Positions 35,741 through 45,560 of a stretch of DNA of 64,000 nucleotides are shown one piece after another. Within the stretch, counting starts at the first letter, position 1; each line of letters begins with the position of its first letter. Source of the DNA: Candidatus Hodarchaeota archaeon (lineage in GTDB: Archaea > Asgardarchaeota > Heimdallarchaeia > Hodarchaeales > Hodarchaeaceae); contig JAEOTC010000076.1 of the NCBI GenBank assembly GCA_016840035.1, positions 9,419-73,418 of the forward strand. The letters are read 5' to 3'. Position numbers and translations under genes: made by a program. The notes under the pieces are model-generated. The model worked only from the letters and a program-made list of their open reading frames with translations, did no database searches and had not been told where the DNA came from.

Positions 35741-36547
35741 CTACTTGGGCATTTCATAGCTATAGCTAAGATCAGGAAAAGTACCCTCGCGAACCTCTTT
35801 GTTATATTCCTTAACTGCGGACAAAATTTGTTCTTTAAGATTCGCATATCTCTTAACAAACTTCGCCTTGAAGTCAAAGTAACCTAGCATATCATAAGTT
35901 ACAAGCACCTGGCCTGAACAATGAGGACCAGCTCCAATCCCGATCGTTGGGATAGAGATAGCTTCAGTTATTTCCTTGGCCACTTCCCATGGTATTGCTT
36001 CTAATACTAACGAAAAAATACCTGCTTCCTCTAATATACGAGCTTCCTCCACTAGCTTGTTTGCGGTTTCTTCTGATCTCCCTTGAACTTTGAATCCGCC
36101 GAATTTGTGATAAGATTGGGGAGTTAATCCTAAATGCCCCATTACGGGAATCCCCGCGTCAAGTATACCCTCAATCGCGGAAACTCGTTCGCTTCCCCCT
36201 TCTAGTTTGATAGCTTCAGCATTCCCTAATTGTACTAATTTTATCGAATTTTTTATTGCTTCTTCACGAGAAACTTGAAATGTACCAAATGGGAGGTCTC
36301 CCACTACCATTGCAGACTTCGCTCCTCTTGATACAGCCTGCGTGTTTCGAATTGAATCTTCAAGAGTGACTTTAAGAGTAGTCTTTTGACCATAAACCAC
36401 CATTCCAGCAGTATCTCCTGGAAGTAAGATATCAGTACCTGCTTCGTCAAGAATAGAAGCCATCACATAATCATACGCAGTTAACATTGTAATTTTTGCA
36501 TCAGATTCATACAAATCCATTATATCTATTACAGTTTTCTTTTTCAA
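35741..36547 (-). CDS. panB: 3-methyl-2-oxobutanoate hydroxymethyltransferase (ketopantoate hydroxymethyltransferase)
   Basis: ..ITMLTAYDYVMASILDEAGTDILLPGDTAGMVVYG.. is the PanB signature region. TTG start is preceded by GAGGTGA. Confidence 0.9.
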   Translation of the reverse strand: MKKKTVIDIMDLYESDAKITMLTAYDYVMASILDEAGTDILLPGDTAGMVVYGQKTTLKVTLEDSIRNTQAVSRGAKSAMVVGDLPFGTFQVSREEAIKNSIKLVQLGNAEAIKLEGGSERVSAIEGILDAGIPVMGHLGLTPQSYHKFGGFKVQGRSEETANKLVEEARILEEAGIFSLVLEAIPWEVAKEITEAISIPTIGIGAGPHCSGQVLVTYDMLGYFDFKAKFVKRYANLKEQILSAVKEYNKEVREGTFPDLSYSYEMPK

Positions 36548-36556
36548 TTTGTCACC

Positions 36557-37339
36557 TCACTTTAACATTAGATCACTTGTAGCAAGAGCTTTTAATCGCT
36601 CAGACATAAACAGCAGCGCCTCCTGTAACAGTTTTTCATTATTATACTGTTCTAATCTCTTCTTTAACTCTGTTTTAGAGAGTAGGGTCATGTCCTTAGT
36701 AATCTTGATCATCTCAGGAACAGAACGTATGATATTATTAGTAATGGAAACGGTAGCTGTTAACGATGTCCTAGATAATGGGTTAAGGTCGACAGTCACT
36801 ACCGATTTACCTAAGCGTTTCAAGGCTTGAGCGCGGTCTCCATCTTCCAATGGAACAAAAACACAATCTGAAGTCGATATACCCCGAGAATCGACTATAC
36901 GTCTAAGATGAGATAATTCTTCAATGGTATCTTGATAGTCTGGATCCAGACCTAAGATTATATCAGCCCCCGCATCAATTAATGTCTTCTTAATGGCTTG
37001 TTCCCTTTCCTGTGACCGATAAAATAAATTAATCTCGAGTGGAGCGTTAAGAAGCTTACCAAGAACGACCGTTTCCTCGGGGCACATTGCTGCAAGATTA
37101 CCATTAACAGAAATTATTGGATTCTCAGCTTGAAGCATTGTCAAAACGGCAAATTCCTGTTGTCGCATCGCAAAAGGGGGTGATCTTTCACCTAGTAAAT
37201 AATCAAATGCTTCGCCTCTTCCATGAGCTATTAATCCGGCTTCAGCAACCACTTTTTGATGCATTCCTTTTATGATAGCTTCTCGAATGGTTAATGATAA
37301 ATATCTTGGATGATCTTTCGGTATTTCATGATCTGGCAT
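36557..37339 (-). CDS. Archaeal 4-phosphopantoate--beta-alanine ligase (phosphopantothenate synthetase, PPS)
   Basis: ..HPRYLSLTIRE..GLIAHGRGEAFDYLLGE.. matches the archaeal PPS (COG1701) pattern as I recall it. Operon context also supports the call. Confidence 0.8.
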   Translation of the reverse strand: MPDHEIPKDHPRYLSLTIREAIIKGMHQKVVAEAGLIAHGRGEAFDYLLGERSPPFAMRQQEFAVLTMLQAENPIISVNGNLAAMCPEETVVLGKLLNAPLEINLFYRSQEREQAIKKTLIDAGADIILGLDPDYQDTIEELSHLRRIVDSRGISTSDCVFVPLEDGDRAQALKRLGKSVVTVDLNPLSRTSLTATVSITNNIIRSVPEMIKITKDMTLLSKTELKKRLEQYNNEKLLQEALLFMSERLKALATSDLMLK

Positions 37340-38223
37340 CAGTTTAACCTCAATAATGTCTGCTCACAAATCTCCTCTGGTTGAATTGAATTTGACATCT
37401 GAGCGACTTCTTCTAGCTCTTCTTTCCTATGATAAAATAGCAATAATCCGTCTCCAAGCATTATCTGACCACCAATCACACCTGGTGGTAGATTATCGAC
37501 GAGGGATTGAACCTGTGGAGACCATAATTGCACTTTTCGAGAGAATTCCGCAATATATTGAATAAATAGATCAAATTCTGGATTTTCAATTAGACTATCT
37601 ATCAGTTTAGAACTTGCTGTATTAATCAATTCCCGCCTTTTTGGATTAGTAATAACTGATGCAGTTGAAAGTGTTCCAAAGGAAATAGTAGCGATTTTCC
37701 AATCATCATTTTTCTGCATACCAATGGTCTTCCCGTAACCTGGAGCTCCCTCTTTAGTACGAATTTCCAATCCTCCTTGATATAATCCAATCACATCACC
37801 CAATCCTGATCGTGTTAGGATTTCAGCCTCATGTGCAACTTGAAATAGTTTAAGATCACTGAATCCAAGGTTAAAATATTTATTGATACAAAAAGCAGTT
37901 CCCAATGCACCCGCAGCAGAAGCTCCAAAACCACTACTCAGGGGAACATCAAATTTATGATTTATACAAAAATTCATCTGGTCTTTTTTTGAGAGTAGTA
38001 AATCAATTACCTTTAGGGTTATTATAGCATTAGATATGGGTTGTAAGTTTCCATTGAATTTTACTTTAACAGAAGGACTTTCAGATTCCTGTATAGACGT
38101 TGTTACACCCCTTTGTATGGATAGTCCAGCACCTCTTGATCCAATCTCAAGAGAATTGGTATACTGGTCATTTATTTCAAAGAGGCCTGTTATATGGGAT
38201 GCAACCCAGAATTCTGTACACAT
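37339..38223 (-). CDS. Archaeal pantoate kinase (PoK; GHMP-kinase superfamily)
   Basis: GHMP motif PLSSGFGASAAGALGTA. Sits between panE and PPS, with a 1-nt stop/start overlap with PPS. Confidence 0.8.
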   Translation of the reverse strand: MCTEFWVASHITGLFEINDQYTNSLEIGSRGAGLSIQRGVTTSIQESESPSVKVKFNGNLQPISNAIITLKVIDLLLSKKDQMNFCINHKFDVPLSSGFGASAAGALGTAFCINKYFNLGFSDLKLFQVAHEAEILTRSGLGDVIGLYQGGLEIRTKEGAPGYGKTIGMQKNDDWKIATISFGTLSTASVITNPKRRELINTASSKLIDSLIENPEFDLFIQYIAEFSRKVQLWSPQVQSLVDNLPPGVIGGQIMLGDGLLLFYHRKEELEEVAQMSNSIQPEEICEQTLLRLN

Positions 38224-38240
38224 CGTATTATTAACCCAGT

Positions 38241-39158
38241 CTATGGATGATTTCGCTCAAGATGCCTAATAATATCTGTAATAGCTAAATTAACAGGAGC
38301 GTTCATTCCATGAACTCGACTTGCATTGGCAATATATCCATTAATGTAATCAATCTCTGTTCGTCGCCCTCGTTCAATATCTTGAAGCATACTACACTTA
38401 TTATCTTTTGTCTTATTAATAACTTCTTTTATAAAGTCAGGAGAGCTAGAAAAATCTTCATTTGGAAGAAGATGTTTGGCCAGTACCATACCCTCTTCTA
38501 GAATGGCATCAAAGATTCGTACAAAGGAGGGTCTATTTAAAATTTCCCCATTCTTTGCGTGAAGTATTGTTCCAAGAGGGCAGATTGCAGCGTTTGCTAG
38601 AAGCTTATACCACATTTTTCGTTGAATATTCTGAGTTTCTTTTATATCGAAACCCGATGAGGATAGAATTTTTTCCACCTGACGGCTAAATCCGTTTCCT
38701 TCTCCAGAAACAATTCCAAAAGAAGTCTTTCCAAATGCGACATGTTTAACTACTGCTGGTTGTAACAGTTCTGCCGCTTCTGTGGTAACAGCGCGGTAAA
38801 TTGGATTCTCAGGCAATGTTTCCTTGAACACTTCTTCATTTCCCATCCCGTTTTGAATTATAAATATTGGAGTTTCTCTACCTATATTATTAGATAAGGA
38901 TTTAGCAACTGTTTGATTATCGTAAGCTTTAGTGGTTACGAAAAGAGCATCCGAATTGTGTTTACTTGGATGGAATTCTGTGTCAGCAGGGAAAAATGAG
39001 ACAATATTTGAATCATCTTCTAAGATTGTAAGTCCTTTCTCCTGGATTGTTTTCACATGATCCTTTCTCCCCACTACGTCTACATCAAAGCCCGAAAACG
39101 CCACTCTCCCTGCAAATAAGGAACCAATGCTTCCTGCACCAATCACAGATATATTCAT
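38241..39158 (-). CDS. panE: 2-dehydropantoate 2-reductase (ketopantoate reductase)
   Basis: N-terminal Rossmann ISVIGAGSIGSLFAG, plus the ApbA/PanE C-terminal helical domain (..CSMLQDIERGRRTEIDYING..). Confidence 0.85.
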   Translation of the reverse strand: MNISVIGAGSIGSLFAGRVAFSGFDVDVVGRKDHVKTIQEKGLTILEDDSNIVSFFPADTEFHPSKHNSDALFVTTKAYDNQTVAKSLSNNIGRETPIFIIQNGMGNEEVFKETLPENPIYRAVTTEAAELLQPAVVKHVAFGKTSFGIVSGEGNGFSRQVEKILSSSGFDIKETQNIQRKMWYKLLANAAICPLGTILHAKNGEILNRPSFVRIFDAILEEGMVLAKHLLPNEDFSSSPDFIKEVINKTKDNKCSMLQDIERGRRTEIDYINGYIANASRVHGMNAPVNLAITDIIRHLERNHP

Positions 39159-40408
39159 TAGGTACTTTTCCTCCTTTCAAACTCTTCTGCAATTATATTG
39201 GCAAGATCACTTCCAATAGACTCTTTTGACCCCTTTAATTCAATGGCTTCGAGTTGATCTCTTATAACAAATATTTCATTAGATTTAGATACAAATCCCT
39301 TATCTGATTCACCAACCCAATTTGCACAAACAAGATTGACCTGATTTTCATTTAAAAAGTGAGTAGCCCTGGATATTAACTCATCCACACTAACTCCAAC
39401 CTCTGCTTTATAAGTAACAATGAATAATGAGGGAAATTCACTTCTAATTGTTTTAACTATTTTTATAGTGGGCTTGAGCTCAATAAACAACCCATCTTGG
39501 CGAGAGGGAATCTTTCCTTTTTGTGAGATTGGTTGATAATCCGAAACTGCAGCAACAGAAATTAATCCATCTACTTTACCATTTGTCAGTTGTTTCCTAA
39601 TCATATCATACATATCAGATGTGGATCTCACAACAGTTACAGCTGGTGGGATGAGATTACTATCTAATGTATTTCCTTCTCCCAGTATAAAGGACACTTC
39701 TGCTCCAAGATTTTGAATTGCTTTTACCACGTATAAGGCAGATAAACCACTGGAGGGATTTGATAAAAATCTCACATCATCAAAATATTCTCGAGTCGCT
39801 CCACCTGTTACAACGAACTTTTTACCTTCTAGAGGTTGAGGTTCAGTAAGTATTTCAAAAATTCGATTCATTAGTTTATCCATAGGAGGAAATTTGTACT
39901 TTTTCTCTTCTTTATCACTTGATAGAAACTGGACATTTAATTGTTTGAGATAATCTATATTTTTCTGGGTGATTGGATTGTCAAGTAACACATTATGAGC
40001 CGCAGGTACTATCAAACAAGGAATGTCAGCTCCAATACATGCTAATGCTGTTAAAGGGACTGGCCCATCAGCTATACCTGAGGCAAGCTTAGAAATTGTA
40101 TTTGCTGTAGCAGGACAGAGTAAATAAAGATCAACACGATTTTCTGGATCCACACTCCATTTAATATGTTCAGAATGTCCAGAAATTTCGGAATATGGTT
40201 CTTCTCCCATTGACCATGTTATTGAATCAGCAGTAACAAATCTTTGAGCTTCTTTCGAGAGGACAACAATCGGTTTCCCAGAATAACGGAGTATCTCGCG
40301 TACCAGATGTGGGATTTCTATTGCTGCTATAGAACCTGTAACGCCTATTAGGATACGCTTACCTTCCAGTAGCTTGCCCTTTGTACCATAAATTTCGGCG
40401 ATACTCAT
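39158..40408 (-). CDS. coaBC: Bifunctional phosphopantothenoylcysteine decarboxylase / synthetase
   Basis: Flavoprotein N-domain (ILIGVTGSIAA..PATANTISKLA) and a CoaB C-domain (..VVTGGATREYFDDVRFLSNPSSG..). Confidence 0.9.
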   Translation of the reverse strand: MSIAEIYGTKGKLLEGKRILIGVTGSIAAIEIPHLVREILRYSGKPIVVLSKEAQRFVTADSITWSMGEEPYSEISGHSEHIKWSVDPENRVDLYLLCPATANTISKLASGIADGPVPLTALACIGADIPCLIVPAAHNVLLDNPITQKNIDYLKQLNVQFLSSDKEEKKYKFPPMDKLMNRIFEILTEPQPLEGKKFVVTGGATREYFDDVRFLSNPSSGLSALYVVKAIQNLGAEVSFILGEGNTLDSNLIPPAVTVVRSTSDMYDMIRKQLTNGKVDGLISVAAVSDYQPISQKGKIPSRQDGLFIELKPTIKIVKTIRSEFPSLFIVTYKAEVGVSVDELISRATHFLNENQVNLVCANWVGESDKGFVSKSNEIFVIRDQLEAIELKGSKESIGSDLANIIAEEFERRKST

Positions 40409-40724
40409 AGTAGAGACCTTAGCTAAAGTTCAATTTCCTTGGAGCTCTATTAAAAATCTAACGGTAATTTCTTTTAAGAATCAGGGTTATGCATGGAAAA
40501 TATGAATATACAAAATATACTTGCATTCTGTCATATCGTATCTACAATATATCCTAGATGAGTAAGAACAGAAACTACAACGGATTAAAAGAATACCAAT
40601 TATTCACTATTATAATTCTGAGAAAAATAATGAATCCTATTAAATAAATAGTACGGACTTGTTGGTACATAGTATTTTGCTATTATTTCAAGGATTGAAA
40701 GCTTAAATCTTAGAGACGATTTCT

Positions 40725-41552
40725 ATGACCCTTCTTCAGTTTATCGGTGAACCAATCATAACAGATCCTATTCAGGCCATCTTTGCGATTATTTTTTCAT
40801 TCTTTGTTGGTATAATATCTGCTGCTTTAGGTGTTGGAGGAGGATTTATTACTACTCCCGCTTTAATAATTGGAAGAATCGAGCCACCATACGCTGTTGG
40901 CACTGCTCTTTTCATGATAATTTTTACGGCATTATCCTCAACTCTTGCTTATTCTCGTCAGGGAGGATTAATACAATATCGTTCTGGATTACTAATTGCT
41001 GTTTTTACAGTTTTAGGGTCAATAACAGGAAGTGAAATAAGCTCAATATTAGGGGTTGAAGATCCACAACTCTTTAAGATAATTTTTGCAATTTGTTTAA
41101 TTCCAGTTGCCATTAAAATGATTGCTTATCCAAAAGAGAAAAAAAAGACTTTGTTAGAAGAAGAAGTCATTTCTGGAGATTTACTTCTGCAGGGAGAGAG
41201 AAAACGTGCGATTTCCACAATTGTACTTGGTTTAGTTGCAGGATTTTCTTCAGGATTATTAGGAATTGGTGGAGGAGTGGTTATGGTGCCAATTCTTGTT
41301 ACAGTTGGAGACATACCCATGCACAAGGCAGTGGCTACCTCTATGTTCATAATGATTTTTACAAGTATTGGTGGGGCAGGAGTTAAGCTTGCATACGGGC
41401 ATACACATCCAGATTTAGCGATTTTTCTGATCATAGGTATCGTAATAGGGGCTCAGGTCGGTGCTAGAATTGTAAAACGAATAAATACCGTTAATTTGCA
41501 AATTATATTCGGTTTCATGATGGTTATTGCTCTCGTTTCCATAGTATTATGA
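40725..41552 (+). CDS. TauE/SafE (DUF81) family anion exporter
   Basis: Two internal repeats, each with LG(V/I)GGG(F/V).. followed by TM helices. Confidence 0.8.
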   Translation: MTLLQFIGEPIITDPIQAIFAIIFSFFVGIISAALGVGGGFITTPALIIGRIEPPYAVGTALFMIIFTALSSTLAYSRQGGLIQYRSGLLIAVFTVLGSITGSEISSILGVEDPQLFKIIFAICLIPVAIKMIAYPKEKKKTLLEEEVISGDLLLQGERKRAISTIVLGLVAGFSSGLLGIGGGVVMVPILVTVGDIPMHKAVATSMFIMIFTSIGGAGVKLAYGHTHPDLAIFLIIGIVIGAQVGARIVKRINTVNLQIIFGFMMVIALVSIVL

Positions 41553-41766
41553 AATCCTCTCATCATCTAGCGAAAACAACGGTTATTTTGTTAAGATATT
41601 AGTGGAATCATCCACTTTTTGTAGTTCTAAAAGCCTATGAATATAAAGCTGGATTGTATTCGATACCTGAGGACTGCACAAATCCGTCTGTGTGTAGCTT
41701 CTCAATATATCCAAGAAAGTTTGTGACTTAAAAGCACAAATCAGTTTCAACTTTAGGTGTATTTTC

Positions 41767-42153
41767 ATGAAGGGTGATTCTATTCTAGTTGTAGACGATG
41801 AAGAGGATACAGTCGAATTAGCTAGAATGGTTTTAGAGTTTGAGGGCTACAAAGTCTTTTCTGCGAACAATGGCCAAGAAGCTATTGATTTTTTGAAATC
41901 ACAAGAAGAAAAGCCAAATTTAGTTTTATTAGATGTTCTTATGCCCAAAATGGACGGATTAAAAGTATGTAAATGGATAAAAGATAATCCAAATCTTAAG
42001 GATATTCCTGTCCTTTTATTCACGGCAAAAGTAGGGAATAAAGATCGAAAGGAAGGAGAGAAAGTAGGTGCTGATGCCTATATTGCAAAACCGTTTAGTG
42101 CAGACGATTTGTTGAACCTAATTCAGACTCATATTGATAAATCCAAAGCGTAA
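41767..42153 (+). CDS. Stand-alone CheY-like response-regulator receiver
   Basis: ILVVDDEED..LVLLDVLMPKMDG..T(A)K..; 128 aa with no output domain. Confidence 0.85.
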   Translation: MKGDSILVVDDEEDTVELARMVLEFEGYKVFSANNGQEAIDFLKSQEEKPNLVLLDVLMPKMDGLKVCKWIKDNPNLKDIPVLLFTAKVGNKDRKEGEKVGADAYIAKPFSADDLLNLIQTHIDKSKA

Positions 42154-42169
42154 ATTGTGATAAAGTACG

Positions 42170-42493
42170 TTATTCGGAATCACTTAGATATAAAGTGGCG
42201 GAAGGGAAGAATTCCACTAATTGCGAATTGAAATCATCTGAAAGATTGTCTAGTTGAAATGTCAAGTGTAAATTGCCATATTCATTGGTAAAGAAAAGAT
42301 GAATTAACAGATTTGGGGCTTCTTTCTCTTCCAAAAAGCGAAATCGAAACTTCTCACTGATTGGATGATTCAAAATTTTGATAAAATCTTCTCCAGAATA
42401 GGTCAGAAACAGCGTATCAGGGGTTTGTTGATGACCTGATTTAAGAGTAATTTCTTCTGGTAAATACGTAAGAAATGTATCCAAAGTAGTCAA
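42170..42493 (-). CDS. Hypothetical protein
   Basis: 107-aa ORF abutting the FAH gene (stop of 42494..43288 is directly adjacent). No family recognised. Confidence 0.45.
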   Translation of the reverse strand: MTTLDTFLTYLPEEITLKSGHQQTPDTLFLTYSGEDFIKILNHPISEKFRFRFLEEKEAPNLLIHLFFTNEYGNLHLTFQLDNLSDDFNSQLVEFFPSATLYLSDSE

Positions 42494-43288
42494 TTATTCG
42501 ACTCCTACGGTTAAAGTTCCGATCTTTTCTATAGAAGCGTGTATTGTATCTCCGTGATTAAACTGCGCTACTCCTTCAGGTGTACCAGTAGCAATTATAT
42601 CGCCCGGTTCGAGCGTGGTTATACTACTGCAGTACTCAATGATGCGGTCAACCTTGTGGATCATATTTCGCGTGTTCCCATTTTGACGTACTTTATCATT
42701 TACTTTCAACATTATAGAAAGTGAATGAGGATCCTTAATTTCGTCTGAAAAGGTAATTGCAGGACCTATTGGACAAAATGTATCAAATCCTTTTGACACA
42801 AACCACGGATGTCTCTTTTCTTTTGCTTTCGACTGAATATCACGAGCTGTGATATCTAACAGAATTGTATATCCAAAGACATGCTCATATGCCTCTTCTA
42901 GAGGAATATCCTTTCCATATTTCCCAATGATAATTGCTAACTCAACCTCATGGTGTACTTCTTGGGTTTGTTTAGGAATTATGATTTTATCCCCATGTCC
43001 AATAACAGAGGAAGGCGGTTTTAAAAACAGTGGGGGAAACGGGGGTAATTCCTCAGGATCAATTCCCATCTCTAGCGCATGAGCTGAATAATTTCTTGTC
43101 AGGCAAATGATCTTTGGAGGTATATAAGGCAAGTCTAATTTCGGAACTTCAGATAACGTGATGCTCCCTGTATTTTCTAAAAGATGTTTATCTTTAATAC
43201 AGGGTAATAGATTATCAATGGTAGCAAATTTTTTAATTTCAGTGTCATTCCATACTATTACCGATCCTTCACTTACTCCAATCTTCAT
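42494..43288 (-). CDS. Fumarylacetoacetate hydrolase (FAH) family protein
   Basis: ..HHEVELAIIIGK.., ..FDTFCPIGP.. and ..GDIIATGTPEGV.. are FAH-family motifs. Confidence 0.85.
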   Translation of the reverse strand: MKIGVSEGSVIVWNDTEIKKFATIDNLLPCIKDKHLLENTGSITLSEVPKLDLPYIPPKIICLTRNYSAHALEMGIDPEELPPFPPLFLKPPSSVIGHGDKIIIPKQTQEVHHEVELAIIIGKYGKDIPLEEAYEHVFGYTILLDITARDIQSKAKEKRHPWFVSKGFDTFCPIGPAITFSDEIKDPHSLSIMLKVNDKVRQNGNTRNMIHKVDRIIEYCSSITTLEPGDIIATGTPEGVAQFNHGDTIHASIEKIGTLTVGVE

Positions 43289-43515
43289 AAATTACCCATC
43301 CTTTTCTGTGATAACGAGTTTGAGCATTCCTGGATAGTTTTTTCCCTAGATACTTGATAGGAAGGTATTCTTCTAACTCTTATGAATCAATTTCTGAAAT
43401 TTAGATCTCTAGTCTATCATTTATTTCGGGAAGAAAATACAAGAATTCAATTAAATGGGAGTATTAACTTGAAGACCAGTGTGATAATTCTCAATGATTA
43501 CGTTTTTGAGGTTGA

Positions 43516-44445
43516 ATGATGAAAATTCTTGTAACTGGAGGAGCTGGCTTTGTAGGCAGCCACTTAATAGAGGAATTATTGGTAGAAGGGCATGAAATTG
43601 TTTGTTTGGATAACTTTTCTACTGGAAAAAAGAATAATCTTAACCAATTTCAAGAACAAATAACCCTTGTTGATGGTGACATTGTAGATACAAAGGATCT
43701 CCAAACAGCTCTTGATGGGGTTGAATCTGTCTATCATTTAGCAGCACAAATATCAGTATCTCATTCTGTTCGAGATCCATTATTTGATGCATCCATAAAT
43801 ATAAACGGATTTATTAATCTGTTAAACGCTCTCCTAAAAAGTTCTGTAAAGCGAATTGTATATGTCTCTACCGGGGGAGCCATTTATGGTGAACCTCCTA
43901 AAATTCCGGCTTCAGAAACGACACCTGAAGCACCTATTTCTCCGTATGGACTAAGCAAATTAGTTGGAGAAAAGTATCTTAGATGGTATTCAACAAATCA
44001 TGGTCTTTCCTATGCCATTATCCGTCCAGCGAATATCTATGGACCGAGACAAGATCCACTAGGAGAAGCAGGAGTAATTTCGATCTTCTTAGGACGAATT
44101 TTGAACCAAGAACCTTTAGAAATTTTTGGTGATGGCTCTGATACTCGAGATTATGTGTATGTCAAAGATATCGCTTCTATTTGTATGGCGGCTATGGATT
44201 CGAAGAAAAATGACACATATAATGCGGGAACTGGCATTCAGATAACATTGGAGGATTTGGTAGACACAATTGGAGAAGTCACATCTCTTCCATATAAAAA
44301 AGAATACAAAGAACCACGACCTGGAGATGTAAAGAAAATCGCTTTGGATATTACAAAAGCGAAAACTGAACTAAATTGGACACCAAGGATATCATTGAAG
44401 GAAGGAATTCAGTATACTTGGGATTGGTTCAAAAATGAAACCTAA
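43516..44445 (+). CDS. NAD-dependent sugar epimerase/dehydratase (GalE-like SDR)
   Basis: [14 protein letters not shown] Rossmann motif; catalytic YGLSK (YxxxK). Confidence 0.9.
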   Translation: MMKILVTGGAGFVGSHLIEELLVEGHEIVCLDNFSTGKKNNLNQFQEQITLVDGDIVDTKDLQTALDGVESVYHLAAQISVSHSVRDPLFDASININGFINLLNALLKSSVKRIVYVSTGGAIYGEPPKIPASETTPEAPISPYGLSKLVGEKYLRWYSTNHGLSYAIIRPANIYGPRQDPLGEAGVISIFLGRILNQEPLEIFGDGSDTRDYVYVKDIASICMAAMDSKKNDTYNAGTGIQITLEDLVDTIGEVTSLPYKKEYKEPRPGDVKKIALDITKAKTELNWTPRISLKEGIQYTWDWFKNET

Positions 44446-45449
44446 GCATTAACCAATGAGCGAATAAACCCCATTTTTTCTGTTAACCATTCTTCATTTA
44501 TCTCGTCTCCACCAAACCATTTCCAAAACGATGCAACTACCCATGGATCTAATTTCACTTCCGTTCTAGGGCTTTGAGCCACCAAGAAATAAGCTTGCCA
44601 GAGTTCCCCTATCGCAGTTTCAAATAATCGACTCGACGGAGACATTGCATCATCCACTGTTTTTGAACTCAAACTTTGGTTAAGCCGTCGTTCTGATTCA
44701 TTTATTGAAACGAAAGCTGACAAGATCCACATCTCTCTATCAGTACGTAGGTGTTGCTGGTATAAACGATCTGCTAAAAGTTCCAATTCTTGACGTGCTT
44801 TGAGCAACAAATCAGGATTAAATTGTGAGATCCTCAAAAGAGAATGGAAAAAATCATAAAGAGTTACATCAGCATTTCTTATTGAATCAAGTAAAAATGG
44901 AGCAGTTCCTAAAATAAATGCGTTTTGTGTCATTAATGGGACGCAAATTGCCTCCTCGGCAGCCTTAATTAACCAGATGAGGGCATCAGCAATCATATCT
45001 TCTTGAATACGATTTTTTACTCTATCTAACAACATCCTTGTAGTATCTTTTTTTAACTCAATAATCTCAGAGGACCAACTAACATTATCAGCTTGGGCTT
45101 TCCACTCATCTATCTTACCTCGCGGGTCGTAAACAATATCACTTGACTGTAGGAGTCTCATAACTGTTGCTACTTGCCAGAAGGGAACATTTTTTCCTAT
45201 AAGAACGTCTTCAAAAAAAGCACGAGGTGCAAACGTCAGTTTAATTTCAAGATGTGAATAATTTTCTAAATCTGTAACAGTGGTCTCTTTTAAATCACGG
45301 AGTTTCTCTTTAATTGCCCAATAAGAAATTCGAGAATCCATGAAATCATATTTGTCTTGGACTAATAATCTCCCAATCTCCTGATCTTCAGAAGTTATCC
45401 TAGCAAGTAGTAATTCTGTAATCTGGGTTATAATCTTCTGATCTACCAT
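44442..45449 (-). CDS. Hypothetical all-helical protein
   Basis: 335-aa ORF with clean ATG; overlaps the convergent neighbour by 4 nt. No family recognised. Confidence 0.55.
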   Translation of the reverse strand: MVDQKIITQITELLLARITSEDQEIGRLLVQDKYDFMDSRISYWAIKEKLRDLKETTVTDLENYSHLEIKLTFAPRAFFEDVLIGKNVPFWQVATVMRLLQSSDIVYDPRGKIDEWKAQADNVSWSSEIIELKKDTTRMLLDRVKNRIQEDMIADALIWLIKAAEEAICVPLMTQNAFILGTAPFLLDSIRNADVTLYDFFHSLLRISQFNPDLLLKARQELELLADRLYQQHLRTDREMWILSAFVSINESERRLNQSLSSKTVDDAMSPSSRLFETAIGELWQAYFLVAQSPRTEVKLDPWVVASFWKWFGGDEINEEWLTEKMGFIRSLVNA

Positions 45450-45560
45450 GATTTTCCCTACTAATATTTCATGAGTTTCTTAGTCTACTTCTATTTCAAT
45501 ATGATCCTTCCCAAATTATTTTAAAAAATCATTTATCTATGTACTAATCGACGAATATAG

